Assembly (NCBI GenBank): GCA_050949405.1
Contig: JBMNFQ010000001.1
Span: 1,578,727-1,642,726, forward strand
DNA: 64,000 nucleotides
Reading direction: 5' to 3'
Source: Limisphaerales bacterium
GTDB taxonomy: Bacteria; Verrucomicrobiota; Verrucomicrobiia; Limisphaerales; UBA1412
The notes under the pieces were generated by a model that saw only the letters and a program-made list of their open reading frames with translations, did not search any database and was not told the DNA's origin. The position numbers and the translations under genes are program-made. Below are positions 54,536-64,000 of the stretch, in pieces (the stretch's first letter is position 1; every line of letters begins with the position of its first letter).

Positions 54536-56722
54536 CTATTCAACAGAGGGGAGCGCTTTGCAATTGTAACAGGCAAACAGCTGAACTCGACGGAAGGTTC
54601 TGCCACGATATTGGATTTCGTAAAAACCCAAGTTTTCTACCCGTTCAAAATCGTTTAAGATGCGCTCTGGAGCTGTTAAGCGTGGCTCATCAACTTGATT
54701 TACGAAAACAGCATTTTCACCCACTCGGAGGGTGCGATAGCTTGGCCAGAAGTAAAACTGATTTTCCGGCTCTGTGGAGTGAAGGTAAAAGACCAGGGGG
54801 CATTGGGGAGGATTCAGGCTTTCGCGCGCCAGCGGGATTTCAAAGGAGAGCTGGCCGGTGAACCCATAATGGTCAGCCACGATGAAGAAAGTACTCTCGG
54901 TCTGGGCTTCCAGTCTTTGTCGTACCTCTTCTACCTGTTCAGCCAAAGTAGACCATGCCCTGACTCTGCGCAGGGGATCCAGTTTGGGCGGGAGCGGTTT
55001 GCCGGAGACTTTCTGTACCAGGTTTGAATCATGTAGCGGAATGATCATGAGTAAACCGATGATGAAACCGGCAGTGAAAAGCCTTCGGGTGAGTTTGGGG
55101 CGGGTAGCTTCCAGCCGGCCCCAATAGATACCAGCCAGAGCAAAGAGACTGATCACGGCCGGAGCAATCCAGTTGGGGAGGACGCGCGAGTGAAAAGTGT
55201 AGAGCCAGTACGCACCAAAGATCGGTCCCCCCATGGAAAAGAGGTAAAGAGTGAGCATATCGCGTTTTTTCCAGAAAGCGATAGCAGCCCAGAGTGCCAT
55301 GAAGAAAAAGACCGGATTCAGGAGGCCAAATTCAGCGCCGGTGAAGTCGCCAAAATAGCGAAGTGTAAACTTCCAGGCTTTTGCGGTTTCCCCATGCTCG
55401 ACGACGTGATGATAGGATATCCAGTCGTTTTGAAAGTTCCATATAAGAACGGGCAGAGAAAAAAGGAGGGAGATGCCGAGTGCCAGATAAATACCCGGTT
55501 TTCTCAACTGTTTGTGGGCCGGCTTGCTCAACAGAAAGAAAAAGGCCCAGGAAAAGAGAAGAAGCGGGGTGGAGTATTTGCTCAGGAACCCGAAGCCAAT
55601 CCAGACGCCCGTCCATATCCAGGAGCGTAAGGAGTCCTCCTGGATTGCTTTCCAGCTGCAGACCAGTACAGCTGTCCAAAAAAGGACTGCCAACGGGTCA
55701 ACCGTCATCAGGATGGAGCCGACTGCCAGCAGGGGGGCCAGCATGCCGGCCAGAACCACGAAGAAGCCGATTCGTGCGTCAGCCTGTCGGTCTAAGAATC
55801 GTAGCAGCAGGAAGGAGGTGATCGCAGAGCAAACCGGCGAAAAGAAGCGAACACCAAACATGGTATCTCCCCAGAGATGGGTCCCCAGCCACTGGGTATA
55901 GGCGATCATAAGTGGCTTGCTGAAATAGGAGAGTGCCAGATATTTGGACCAGACCCACTGGTAAGCTTCATCTTCAGAGAGCTCAATTTTACCTGCCCAA
56001 AGGTAGCACCATCTAAAAATTAACATTGCCCCGATGAGGAGGTATCCCAGCCAGAGATACTGAGTGTTGGTGTCAGGCTTCTCGCGCAGAGAGACGGCAG
56101 AAGATTGTTGAGCCGAGCCTTGTGAGGCCTCACGGCAAAGGAGGTCTGGAAGCTTCCGGGTAAAGAGCGGGAAGTATCTGTTCATTATATGCTTCCAGAA
56201 GTAGTTACCTCCATAAACAGTTGATAAGCCGACGAGCACTCCGATGCAGGCTCCCACAAAGATATCTGAGGGATAGTGGACGCCATTATAAACCCTGGAA
56301 ATGGCGACACCTGCCGCCAGCAACGGCATCCAGAGCCTGCTCCGCCGCCAGTAAATCCAGGAGACAGTTGCTCCCAGAAACCAGGTTGAAGAGTGGGACG
56401 AGGGCATACTGCCGCTGCCGCCTTTGCCCAAGCGTAGAATCACATCATCCAGGCTCATGAAAGGCCGTGGCCGAGCAATCCAGTCCTTTAACTGGGACAC
56501 GAGGAGCTCAGAAAATAAAAAGCCAAGAATAGTGAGGCAAATAAATACTCTGCCTTTGGTGCCTGCTTTGAGCCAGAGAGCGATAACCAAACAGACCAGC
56601 AGGGGATAAAAAATCACATTCCCTGAAAGAAAGGAGAAGAGACCATCGAAAAGAGGATGGGACCACGATTGGTTCACCCATCGAAGGAGCTCCAGGTCCA
56701 GTCCATGAAGCCATTGAGTCAT
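54536..56722 (-). CDS. Fusion of a PAP2 lipid-phosphate phosphatase domain and an ArnT/PMT-like (GT39/GT83) membrane glycosyltransferase
   Basis: The N-terminus carries PAP2 motifs KDWIARPRP, PSSHS and SRVYNGVHYPSD. It is followed by more than 10 TM helices with LSEDEAYQWVWSKYLALSYFSKPL, typical of ArnT-type transferases. Confidence 0.8.
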   Translation of the reverse strand: MTQWLHGLDLELLRWVNQSWSHPLFDGLFSFLSGNVIFYPLLVCLVIALWLKAGTKGRVFICLTILGFLFSELLVSQLKDWIARPRPFMSLDDVILRLGKGGSGSMPSSHSSTWFLGATVSWIYWRRSRLWMPLLAAGVAISRVYNGVHYPSDIFVGACIGVLVGLSTVYGGNYFWKHIMNRYFPLFTRKLPDLLCREASQGSAQQSSAVSLREKPDTNTQYLWLGYLLIGAMLIFRWCYLWAGKIELSEDEAYQWVWSKYLALSYFSKPLMIAYTQWLGTHLWGDTMFGVRFFSPVCSAITSFLLLRFLDRQADARIGFFVVLAGMLAPLLAVGSILMTVDPLAVLFWTAVLVCSWKAIQEDSLRSWIWTGVWIGFGFLSKYSTPLLLFSWAFFFLLSKPAHKQLRKPGIYLALGISLLFSLPVLIWNFQNDWISYHHVVEHGETAKAWKFTLRYFGDFTGAEFGLLNPVFFFMALWAAIAFWKKRDMLTLYLFSMGGPIFGAYWLYTFHSRVLPNWIAPAVISLFALAGIYWGRLEATRPKLTRRLFTAGFIIGLLMIIPLHDSNLVQKVSGKPLPPKLDPLRRVRAWSTLAEQVEEVRQRLEAQTESTFFIVADHYGFTGQLSFEIPLARESLNPPQCPLVFYLHSTEPENQFYFWPSYRTLRVGENAVFVNQVDEPRLTAPERILNDFERVENLGFYEIQYRGRTFRRVQLFACYNCKALPSVE

Positions 56723-56726
56723 TCAG

Positions 56727-57260
56727 TTAGTATTGGACAAGCGAACGTATTGGTATTTCTTTTAGCTTGGTCGAGCCACCAAGGGCTGTCAGTTCAATCA
56801 GGAAAGTGCACCCAATTAACTTTGCGCCGCAGCGCTCGATGAGCCGATGAGAGGCCAGGGCCGTGCCTCCGGTGGCCAAGAGGTCATCTACCAAAAGAAC
56901 CCTGCTATCGGGTTGGAATGCATCCTGGTGAATTGCCAGAACATCCGTCCCATACTCAAGCGCATAGCTTTCCTCGTAAGTATGCCAGGGGAGTTTGTTC
57001 TTTTTACGAATGGGGATGAAGGGCAGGTTAGCTCTGGCTGCTGCCGCTGCACCGAAAATAAAGCCACGGGAATCGACCCCTGCAATTGCATCAATATTCC
57101 CCTGAGTGTACCCTTCCAAAAGCATATCGAGCGAAGCGCCAAAAAGACGTGCATCAGCCAGAAGCGGAGTGATGTCGCGGAAAATGACGCCGGGTTTGGG
57201 AAAGTCGGGCACCGGCCGGATGATTTGACGAATGTCGTTTAAAAGAACACCGTTACTCAT
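56727..57260 (-). CDS. apt: Adenine phosphoribosyltransferase
   Basis: Supporting blocks are [31 protein letters not shown] and the PRPP motif [13 protein letters not shown]. Confidence 0.95.
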   Translation of the reverse strand: MSNGVLLNDIRQIIRPVPDFPKPGVIFRDITPLLADARLFGASLDMLLEGYTQGNIDAIAGVDSRGFIFGAAAAARANLPFIPIRKKNKLPWHTYEESYALEYGTDVLAIHQDAFQPDSRVLLVDDLLATGGTALASHRLIERCGAKLIGCTFLIELTALGGSTKLKEIPIRSLVQY

Positions 57261-58254
57261 TTTTTAGTTTTTCTTTTTCAATATCTTCGATCATGACCCG
57301 CATTTTGGCGAGCGCTACATTTTGGATTTGGCGGACCCGCTCTCGCGTAACTCCGAAAATTTTACCTACCTCATCAAGCGTTTTCTCAGAGCTCCCATCC
57401 AGCCCGAAGCGGCAACGCAAGATACCCGCTTCCCGCTCATCAAGAGTACTGAGAACATCCGAGAGCATCTGGTGCATTGTTTTTTGCTCCAGTTGCTGAT
57501 AGGGGGTAGTGGCCGCATCATCGCTCACCACTTCGCTCAAAGAGGTGTCACCTTCCTCACCCAGAGGGGCATCGAGGGAGACCAGCGGCATATTGGCTTC
57601 CTTTAGCATTGCTACTTTGTGTGCCGGCATTCCCAGCTCTACTGCCAGCTCTTCATCCTGCGGCTCGTGGCCAGTCTCTTGACGATACCTGTCGATGATC
57701 TGCCGCATTTTGGATATTTTCTCCTTGAGGTGAATTGGCAGACGGATGGTCTTGGAGTGGTTGGCAATGGCTCTGCGGATATTTTGCTTAATCCACCAGG
57801 AACCATAAGTCGAAAATTTACCACCCTTGGCCGGATCAAACTTGGCTACTCCACGCATAAGCCCCAAGTTTCCTTCATTGATCAGGTCCAAAAGCGGTAA
57901 GCCAAGGCCTTCGTAGTCTTTGGCTATTTTGACGACCAGTCTCAGATTGGCTTTGATCATCTTTTCGCGAGCTTTGGCATCACCTTTCTTAATGAGCGCA
58001 GCCAGTTCGATTTCTTCCTCAGGCGTCAGAAGGGAAACCTCTCCCAGCTCTTTCATGTAAAGCCTTAAGGAAGAGCTGCCATCCCAAGAGCTTGCATGAT
58101 TTGACCTGCCAGCAGGACGCTCTCTGGGAGCAGCGAGAGGGGGTTGAGACACATCACCATTCTCAAAAACTTTCTCTTTGTCTTTATGACGGGAGGAGCG
58201 AGAGGGCGATTTTGATTCTACTTTTTTAGTTTTCTTTTTTTGTTCTTTAGCCAC
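57253..58254 (-). CDS. RNA polymerase sigma-70 family factor (RpoD-like, group 1/2)
   Basis: Region 1.2 is [16 protein letters not shown]. Region 2 includes [42 protein letters not shown] and IRLPIH. Region 4 is [20 protein letters not shown]. At 333 aa it has a basic N-terminal tail instead of a long region 1.1. Confidence 0.9.
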   Translation of the reverse strand: MAKEQKKKTKKVESKSPSRSSRHKDKEKVFENGDVSQPPLAAPRERPAGRSNHASSWDGSSSLRLYMKELGEVSLLTPEEEIELAALIKKGDAKAREKMIKANLRLVVKIAKDYEGLGLPLLDLINEGNLGLMRGVAKFDPAKGGKFSTYGSWWIKQNIRRAIANHSKTIRLPIHLKEKISKMRQIIDRYRQETGHEPQDEELAVELGMPAHKVAMLKEANMPLVSLDAPLGEEGDTSLSEVVSDDAATTPYQQLEQKTMHQMLSDVLSTLDEREAGILRCRFGLDGSSEKTLDEVGKIFGVTRERVRQIQNVALAKMRVMIEDIEKEKLKNE

Positions 58255-58358
58255 TTTTACAAAGAAGCATTGAATGGACAGTGACGAATTCAGGCGGAAA
58301 AATCAAGGAAAAACGCCATATGGCTAAAGTTAGCGCTAAGAAGCTTGTCTTGCAATCG

Positions 58359-58387
58359 TTGCATCCGGCTTTAAAAAGGGCTAGACT
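58359..58387 (+). promoter_or_regulatory. Candidate sigma-70 promoter for the glycyl radical enzyme gene
   Basis: TTGCAT (58359-58364), a 17-nt spacer, then TAGACT (58382-58387). Confidence 0.35.
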
Positions 58388-58423
58388 ATGGCAGTGATTG
58401 CTCGATAGAAGAGCAGGCTCATT

Positions 58424-60802
58424 ATGACACCAAGAACCAGTAAGTTGCGCCAGCAAAGCTTGGATGCACGTCCCACGATTTCTCACGAACGAGCTGTCCT
58501 ATTGACTGATTTTTATCAATTGAACTATGGGCGGTATTCGGTTCCGGTTATGCGCGCAAAAGCTTTCTACCACCTCTGCAAACACAAGACACTCTACATC
58601 GGTGAAGGAGAGCTGATTGTAGGCGAGCGTGGGCCCAAACCTAAAAGCTGCCCTACTTATCCGGAGTTGACTTGCCACAGAGTGGAGGATTTGGAGATTC
58701 TGAACAGTCGTCCGAAGACCTTCTATCATGTGGAACAGGAGACTTTGAGGGTTTACCGTGAAAAGATTATTCCCTACTGGCAGGGGCGCTCGATGAGAGA
58801 CCGCATTTTTGCTCATATGTCAAAGGAGTGGCGGGAGGCTTATGATGCGGGTATCTTTACTGAGTTCATGGAGCAGCGTGCGCCTGGCCACACTGTTCTG
58901 GACGGCAAAATTTATCGCAAGGGGATGCTCGATTTCATTAAGGATATCCAAAATGCTCGTGCAAACCTGGATTTGGCCACAGACCCTGAAGGGCTGCAAA
59001 AGCTGGAGGCGCTGGTGTCCTTTGAGGTTTCCTGCAATGCCCTGATCCTCTTTGCAGAGCGTCACGCGGCTCTGGCCAGTGAGTTGGCCAGCGAGGAAGA
59101 ATCGCCTGAGCGCAAAAAGGAGCTCGAACTCATTGCAAAAACCTGCATGAGGGTTCCGGCTTATGCTCCCAGGACTTTTTTTGAAGCACTTCAATATTAC
59201 TGGTTCTGTCACCTTGCAGTGATTACTGAGCTTAATGGATGGGATTCTTTCAGTCCGGGACGATTGGACCAACATTTGTGGCCTTTTTATGAGCAGCAAT
59301 TGAAGGAAGGGAGCTTAACGGCGGAGGCTGCCCGTGAAATGCTGGAGTGTTTTTTCATTAAATTTAACAATCATCCCGCTCCGCCCAAAGTGGGGGTAAC
59401 TGCAGAAGAAAGTGGAACTTATACCGATTTCGCCAACATAAACCTGGGCGGCTTGTTGCCCGATGGCAGGGATGCAGTCAACGAGCTCTCTTACGTGATC
59501 TTGGATATCATTGACGAGATGCACCTTTTGCAGCCCAGCAGCAATATCCAGCTCTCACGTCGCAATCCCGATCGTTTTCTGAAACAGACTTTACGAGTCC
59601 TTGCCAAAGGATATGGGTTCCCCAGTGTTTTCAATGCGGATGCCGTTGTACAGGAGCAGCTTCGACAGGGTAAAAGCCTGGAAGACGCTCGTGCTGGTGG
59701 TTGTAGTGGTTGTGTGGAGGTCGGCGCTTTTGGCAAAGAAGCTTACATTCTTACTGGTTACTTCAACATGCCCAAGCTCCTGGAGCTGGCCCTCCATGAG
59801 GGAATAGACATGCGTACTGGCAAGAGGATCGGACCCAATATGGGGAAGGTCACCGATTTTAACGATTTTGAAGATGTTTTCGCTGCCTGGAAAAACCAAT
59901 TTGATCACTTCCTTAAAATTAAAATGGCGGGTAACATGGTCATTGAGCAGCTTTACGCCAGCCAGATGCCGGCTCCTTTTTTGAGTGTGCTCACGGATGA
60001 CTGTATCGCCAAAGGCAAAGACTATAATGCGGGAGGGGCGCGCTACAACAATAACTATATACAGTTTGTGGGGCTGGGGACGATTACAGACTCTTTAAGC
60101 TCTATTCACCAACTGGTTTATGAAGAGCAATCGCTCTCGCTGCCTTTATTGCTGCACGCTCTTGACGAAAACTTTGAAGGAGAGCTGGATGGCCAGTCAC
60201 AGGAGGTGTTACGGCAAAGACTGTTGAACCAGGTTCACAAATATGGCAACAACAACGAAGAGGCAGACAAGCTGATGAGGCGAGTTTTTAACCATTGTGT
60301 GGAGTCTGTGGATGGTCTGCCGAATGCAAAAGGTGGCTGCTATCGGGCCGAGATGTTGCCAACGACTAGCCATGTGTATTTTGGAAGTGTAACGGCCGCC
60401 ACTCCCGATGGCCGCAAGGCTGGCCAGCCGCTTTCAGAGGGGATTTCTCCGGTGCAGGGAGCTGATAGAAACGGACCAACCTCGGTCATTCAGAGCGCGG
60501 CTAAGATGGACCACTTGAAGACCGGCGGGACTCTGCTTAATATGAAGCTGACCCCCTCACTGGTAGAGGATGAGAACGGGATTGATCAGTGGGCGAGCCT
60601 TGTGCGCTCCTACTTTAAGCTGGATGGTCATCATATCCAATTCAATGTGGTGAGCGCTCAAGGTTTGAAAGAAGCGCTTGAGGACCCCGAAAGCCATCGT
60701 GGCTTAATTGTGCGCGTGGCCGGCTACAGTGACTACTTCTGTGATTTAAGCCGCGACTTGCAGGAGGAAATTATTAGCCGTACCGAACACAAAGCGTTCT
60801 AA
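58424..60802 (+). CDS. Glycyl radical enzyme, PFL2/dehydratase class (trans-4-hydroxy-L-proline dehydratase HypD-like)
   Basis: It has the C-terminal glycyl radical motif IVRVAGYSDYF. The Cys loop is GGCSGCVEVGAFGKEAY, with Cys followed two residues later by Glu, as in eliminating GREs rather than the CC of PFL. Blocks FTEFMEQRAPGHTV and WDSFSPGRLDQHL resemble HypD as I recall it. Confidence 0.88.
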   Translation: MTPRTSKLRQQSLDARPTISHERAVLLTDFYQLNYGRYSVPVMRAKAFYHLCKHKTLYIGEGELIVGERGPKPKSCPTYPELTCHRVEDLEILNSRPKTFYHVEQETLRVYREKIIPYWQGRSMRDRIFAHMSKEWREAYDAGIFTEFMEQRAPGHTVLDGKIYRKGMLDFIKDIQNARANLDLATDPEGLQKLEALVSFEVSCNALILFAERHAALASELASEEESPERKKELELIAKTCMRVPAYAPRTFFEALQYYWFCHLAVITELNGWDSFSPGRLDQHLWPFYEQQLKEGSLTAEAAREMLECFFIKFNNHPAPPKVGVTAEESGTYTDFANINLGGLLPDGRDAVNELSYVILDIIDEMHLLQPSSNIQLSRRNPDRFLKQTLRVLAKGYGFPSVFNADAVVQEQLRQGKSLEDARAGGCSGCVEVGAFGKEAYILTGYFNMPKLLELALHEGIDMRTGKRIGPNMGKVTDFNDFEDVFAAWKNQFDHFLKIKMAGNMVIEQLYASQMPAPFLSVLTDDCIAKGKDYNAGGARYNNNYIQFVGLGTITDSLSSIHQLVYEEQSLSLPLLLHALDENFEGELDGQSQEVLRQRLLNQVHKYGNNNEEADKLMRRVFNHCVESVDGLPNAKGGCYRAEMLPTTSHVYFGSVTAATPDGRKAGQPLSEGISPVQGADRNGPTSVIQSAAKMDHLKTGGTLLNMKLTPSLVEDENGIDQWASLVRSYFKLDGHHIQFNVVSAQGLKEALEDPESHRGLIVRVAGYSDYFCDLSRDLQEEIISRTEHKAF

Positions 60803-60806
60803 AAGT

Positions 60807-60846
60807 AATAGACGTACCTTAACGGGTACGTCTATTGCTGTTTTTT
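60807..60846 (+). terminator. Rho-independent terminator after the GRE gene
   Basis: A 12-bp perfect stem pairs AATAGACGTACC (60807-60818) with GGTACGTCTATT (60825-60836). GCTGTTTTTT follows. Confidence 0.8.
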
Positions 60847-60877
60847 AATTGCAGTAGAAACTGCAGTCTTCCTATTT

Positions 60878-62935
60878 CTAGGCCTTTGCCGGAACAGGCT
60901 CTTGGGGTTCCTCTGGTAAAGGCGGTTCTTCCATGCTCGGGCTCAAGTCGATGCCGTCGAGTTCTTCACCTTGCCGTACAAGGCGTGCACTGTTAAAGAC
61001 TACGATGAGCGAGCCTGCGTTATGCAGGAGCGCCGCAAGGATCGGGTTGATATAACCCCAGGAGGCAAAGGTGAGACCAAAGACAATAAAAAGCGTTCCA
61101 AAAAGGAAGTTCTGATTGATGATGGAGCGAGTGGAGCGGGAGAGCTTCACCAGGAAGGGGAGGCGCCTCAGATCATTATTCATGAGGGCAATCGTGGCTG
61201 AGTGAATTGCCACTTCGCTGCCTGCCGCGCCCATTGCGATGCCGACATCACCAGCAGCCAATGCAGGCGCATCGTTTACGCCATCGCCTACGACGGCCAC
61301 TTTATAGCCTCGATCGCGCATGAGTGCCACAAAGTCGACCTTATCCTGGGGCAAGCACTCGGCGATCACCTCTTCGCAGCCGATTTCTTTGGCCACGCGC
61401 TCTGCCACAGGTCTGCGGTCTCCGGTAACCATCGCAATGCGGCGCACACCGCTCCGACTCAGTTCAGCGAGGGATTCCTGGGCTTCTGCCCGTGTTTCAT
61501 CCTGCAGGCCAATCCAGCCGATAAACTGGTTGTTACGCGCTACAAAGAGAATGCTGAACCCTTCGGACTCATTTAAATCGACCGACTTCAAGAAATCACC
61601 GCTTACCCCATTATCCTTGAGCCATTGAGCACGGCCAATGATAATGCTGTCATTCTCTACCTTGGCACTCACTCCACGGCCGGCTGTTTCGCTGAAATCC
61701 TCCGGCTCAACGAGGGGTATTTCCGCCTCATTTGCCAGGAGGTTAATCGCCTTGGCTGTGGGATGGTTACTGTATTTTTCGGCAGATGCAGCGACGAGTA
61801 AAAGCTCAGCTGGTTCGACTCCCTCGACCGGGTTAAGGCGGCTGACGATCAGCGTGCCTTCGGTCAACGTGCCTGTTTTATCGAAAATAAAGGCATTGAT
61901 ACGAGCTGCCAGCTCGATATCTCCCACGTTCTTAATCAGGATTCCCAGACGTGCTGCCGCTGAAAGGGCAGCAACCATTGCACTGGGAGTGGCCAGAATG
62001 AAGGCGCAGGGGCAGGCGACAATCAGGACTGCAATAACGCGCTCCAAATCAAAAGTAAAGGCCCACACCAGCGTGGCAATTACCAAAACCAGAGGAGTAT
62101 AGTACTGCATGTACTGATCGATAATCCGCATGATGGGCAGGCGCGTTTTTTCTGCTGCTAAAATGAGATTGTGGACTTGCCCCAATGTGGTATCTTCCCC
62201 TGCACGGGAAACGCGGATTTCTAAAACACCGGTGAGGTTTTGGGTGCCTGCAAAGACTTCATCTCCCGGCTTTTTATCAACCGGCAGCGATTCTCCAGTC
62301 ACAGTGGCTTGATTGAAGGAGCCTTGGCCACTCAGAATGACGCCATCAGCAGCGACGTTATCACCTGGTCTGACCCGAACCACATCGTCAACTCTCAGCT
62401 CTTTGACGGGGACTTCTTCCTCACTGCCATCTTTGCTGATGCGTCTGGCCTTGGTTGGAGCCAGTTTAATCAGAGATTCGATGGATTTGCGGGCACCATC
62501 GGCCGTGCGCATTTCAATAATTTCACCCAGGAGCATAAAGAATGCGACAATACCGGCAGTCTGATAATTGCCCGAGGCGAAAGCTGCCAGTACGGCCAGC
62601 GAGACCAGCTCATTGATACTCAGTATTCTGCCACCCCAGAGATTTTTGACTGAAGTCCAGATAATGGGAATACCCATAATGAAGGCACCCACCATGGCGC
62701 TGAAAGCAGCCAGAGCGCTCTCGGCTCCAAAAATGTGATTGAGTACAAAGGAATTGATAATAAAGAGGACACCCGCCAATGTTACTTGAAGCGGAAGCAT
62801 CGTATGCTCGTGGTCATGGCCACAGCCACAGGAGGCGCTGTGCTCATGGTCAAGCGTGCAGCGGCCTTCATGGGAGTGTGCCTGATGCTCGTGAGGCGGG
62901 TTTTCCTGTTTTTGCGTTTGATGTTTAAATTGCAT
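60878..62935 (-). CDS. Heavy-metal translocating P1B-type ATPase (Zn/Cd/Co-type, ZntA/CadA-like)
   Basis: Motifs TGES, the CPC transmembrane motif (ACPCAFILATP), DKTGTLT and GDGVNDAP are present. The N-terminus is His/Cys-rich (HEHQAHSHEGRCTLDHEHSASCGCGHDHEH). Confidence 0.9.
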   Translation of the reverse strand: MQFKHQTQKQENPPHEHQAHSHEGRCTLDHEHSASCGCGHDHEHTMLPLQVTLAGVLFIINSFVLNHIFGAESALAAFSAMVGAFIMGIPIIWTSVKNLWGGRILSINELVSLAVLAAFASGNYQTAGIVAFFMLLGEIIEMRTADGARKSIESLIKLAPTKARRISKDGSEEEVPVKELRVDDVVRVRPGDNVAADGVILSGQGSFNQATVTGESLPVDKKPGDEVFAGTQNLTGVLEIRVSRAGEDTTLGQVHNLILAAEKTRLPIMRIIDQYMQYYTPLVLVIATLVWAFTFDLERVIAVLIVACPCAFILATPSAMVAALSAAARLGILIKNVGDIELAARINAFIFDKTGTLTEGTLIVSRLNPVEGVEPAELLLVAASAEKYSNHPTAKAINLLANEAEIPLVEPEDFSETAGRGVSAKVENDSIIIGRAQWLKDNGVSGDFLKSVDLNESEGFSILFVARNNQFIGWIGLQDETRAEAQESLAELSRSGVRRIAMVTGDRRPVAERVAKEIGCEEVIAECLPQDKVDFVALMRDRGYKVAVVGDGVNDAPALAAGDVGIAMGAAGSEVAIHSATIALMNNDLRRLPFLVKLSRSTRSIINQNFLFGTLFIVFGLTFASWGYINPILAALLHNAGSLIVVFNSARLVRQGEELDGIDLSPSMEEPPLPEEPQEPVPAKA

Positions 62936-62958
62936 GTCTCTTTTAAAACTCTAAAAAA

Positions 62959-64000
62959 TTATCTTCTGCGAGGAGGTGTGGGAGTGGGAGTGCCACTGGC
63001 TGCTGCCGCTTCCTTTTCCTCTTCGCGCTGAGATTTCATCTGCTCGCGGTTAAGCTGGAGCCGCAGCTCCCTCTGAATACCCTCACGCTGAGTGAAGTAG
63101 AACGTATCATCAGCGTTGGTGAGGATTGTCTGCATGGTTTCTGCCATCAGGCGCTCTTTAAAGAGTAGGGGGTTCATTTCAAAGTAGGGTAATTGCTCTG
63201 AAAAGGAGTGCGCCTCAGAAGCCATGATTCGTACAATCTGGTTACTGCGGGTGACCCCGTCAGCCAGAATGGTAGAGGCTTGCCCCTGGGCCGCATTGAT
63301 GGTTGTGCGGGCATAGGCTTCGGCCTGGTTCACTTCAGTGCGGGCTTCCTGTTGGGCGCTTAGCACTTCATCAAAAGAATCACGTACCGAAAGCGGCGGC
63401 ATCGTTTCAACGTCTATGGTTTCAATGCTGATTCCCAAACGGTGCTCGTTTACCAAGTGGTGTACTCGCTGGCGCACAGCTTCATTGAAAGCAATTTGAT
63501 CCCTATAAATCGCCTCTTCCGCAGAGTGTTGAGTGGCCGCATAAAAAATCGAGTTATCCAGAATGCTTTGAAGCAAATTGGTGGGGTTGGCAAAGCCGAA
63601 CTCGTAATCCAATGCTGTGTTTGGGTTTAGGCGGTACTTCATGGTTGCTCTGGCGTGAATAACATTACCATCCGAAGAGATGACATACCCTTCCACGCCT
63701 GGGCGAAGGTAGGGGGTTGGCTCAGGTAGCTGGCGTGCAATTTCCATCTCTGGGGTGACGGGGAACCAGCCTGCTGAAGAGACGACCGTGCGGCTCTGGC
63801 CAACTGAAATTCGGACAATTTCATCTATTGGATAAGGGAAGGCCCAGTGGAGGCCCGGCTTTAGAATCTGGGCTTCACCTACGCCAACCGGCTTTCCAAA
63901 GCGGAGCTTCACCGCTATCTCGTCAGGCTCAACAGAAAAGGTGAGACTATAGAGAAAGGCGATGACCAGGCCCAGTATGAGGAATTTAACTATTTTAAAA
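62959..64000 (-). CDS. SPFH/band-7 domain protein (HflK/HflC-like), with the N-terminus beyond the window edge
   Basis: The frame stays open upstream of the GTG at 63912 to nt 64000. That extension encodes a TM helix (KFLILGLVIAFLYSL) followed by VEPDEIAVKLRFGK and the SPFH core. It ends 23 nt upstream of the ATPase gene. Confidence 0.8.
   Translation of the reverse strand, partial: FKIVKFLILGLVIAFLYSLTFSVEPDEIAVKLRFGKPVGVGEAQILKPGLHWAFPYPIDEIVRISVGQSRTVVSSAGWFPVTPEMEIARQLPEPTPYLRPGVEGYVISSDGNVIHARATMKYRLNPNTALDYEFGFANPTNLLQSILDNSIFYAATQHSAEEAIYRDQIAFNEAVRQRVHHLVNEHRLGISIETIDVETMPPLSVRDSFDEVLSAQQEARTEVNQAEAYARTTINAAQGQASTILADGVTRSNQIVRIMASEAHSFSEQLPYFEMNPLLFKERLMAETMQTILTNADDTFYFTQREGIQRELRLQLNREQMKSQREEEKEAAAASGTPTPTPPRRR

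Overview
This 64-kb chromosomal window is mostly housekeeping genes. It probably comes from a PVC-superphylum bacterium (Verrucomicrobia, Kiritimatiellae or Lentisphaerae-like). The taxonomic clues are two DUF1559-type prepilin-leader proteins and a secreted lamin-tail-domain repeat protein. The gene content suggests an anaerobe: nrfHA, a glycyl-radical enzyme and an ADP-forming acetyl-CoA synthetase. dnaA is present with a cluster of DnaA-box-like 9-mers upstream, so the window is probably origin-proximal. Other content includes two ribosomal-protein and translation clusters (rpsP-KH-trmD-rplS and prs-rplY-pth-rpsF-ssb-rplI). It also includes glnB-glnA, icd, xseB-dxs, gmd, panE, frr, htpG, apt, a sigma-70 family factor, tRNA-Ser(CGA) and tmRNA. 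The only clearly accessory segment is an AT-rich block of about 4 kb (roughly 2830-6885) between an efflux outer-membrane gene and the 3' end of ssrA. It carries a McrBC-type restriction pair whose McrB has a composite two-module N-terminus, a decayed partial copy of ssrA lacking both tRNA-like halves, and an orphan ORF of unknown function. No integrase, transposase, CRISPR array or prophage genes were seen. Other items worth a second look are listed here.
- An RGG-rich, tandem-repeat protein lies between ssrA and the dnaA upstream region.
- A 1485-aa protein fuses a GH13 domain to a glycogen-debranching domain.
- A DUF721 (DciA-like) gene is coupled to an SF2 helicase.
- A HypD-like glycyl radical enzyme has no activase nearby.
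- A PAP2 phosphatase is fused to a glycosyltransferase.
All calls rest on reading the ORF translations and the nucleotide sequence by eye; no database search or folding program was run.
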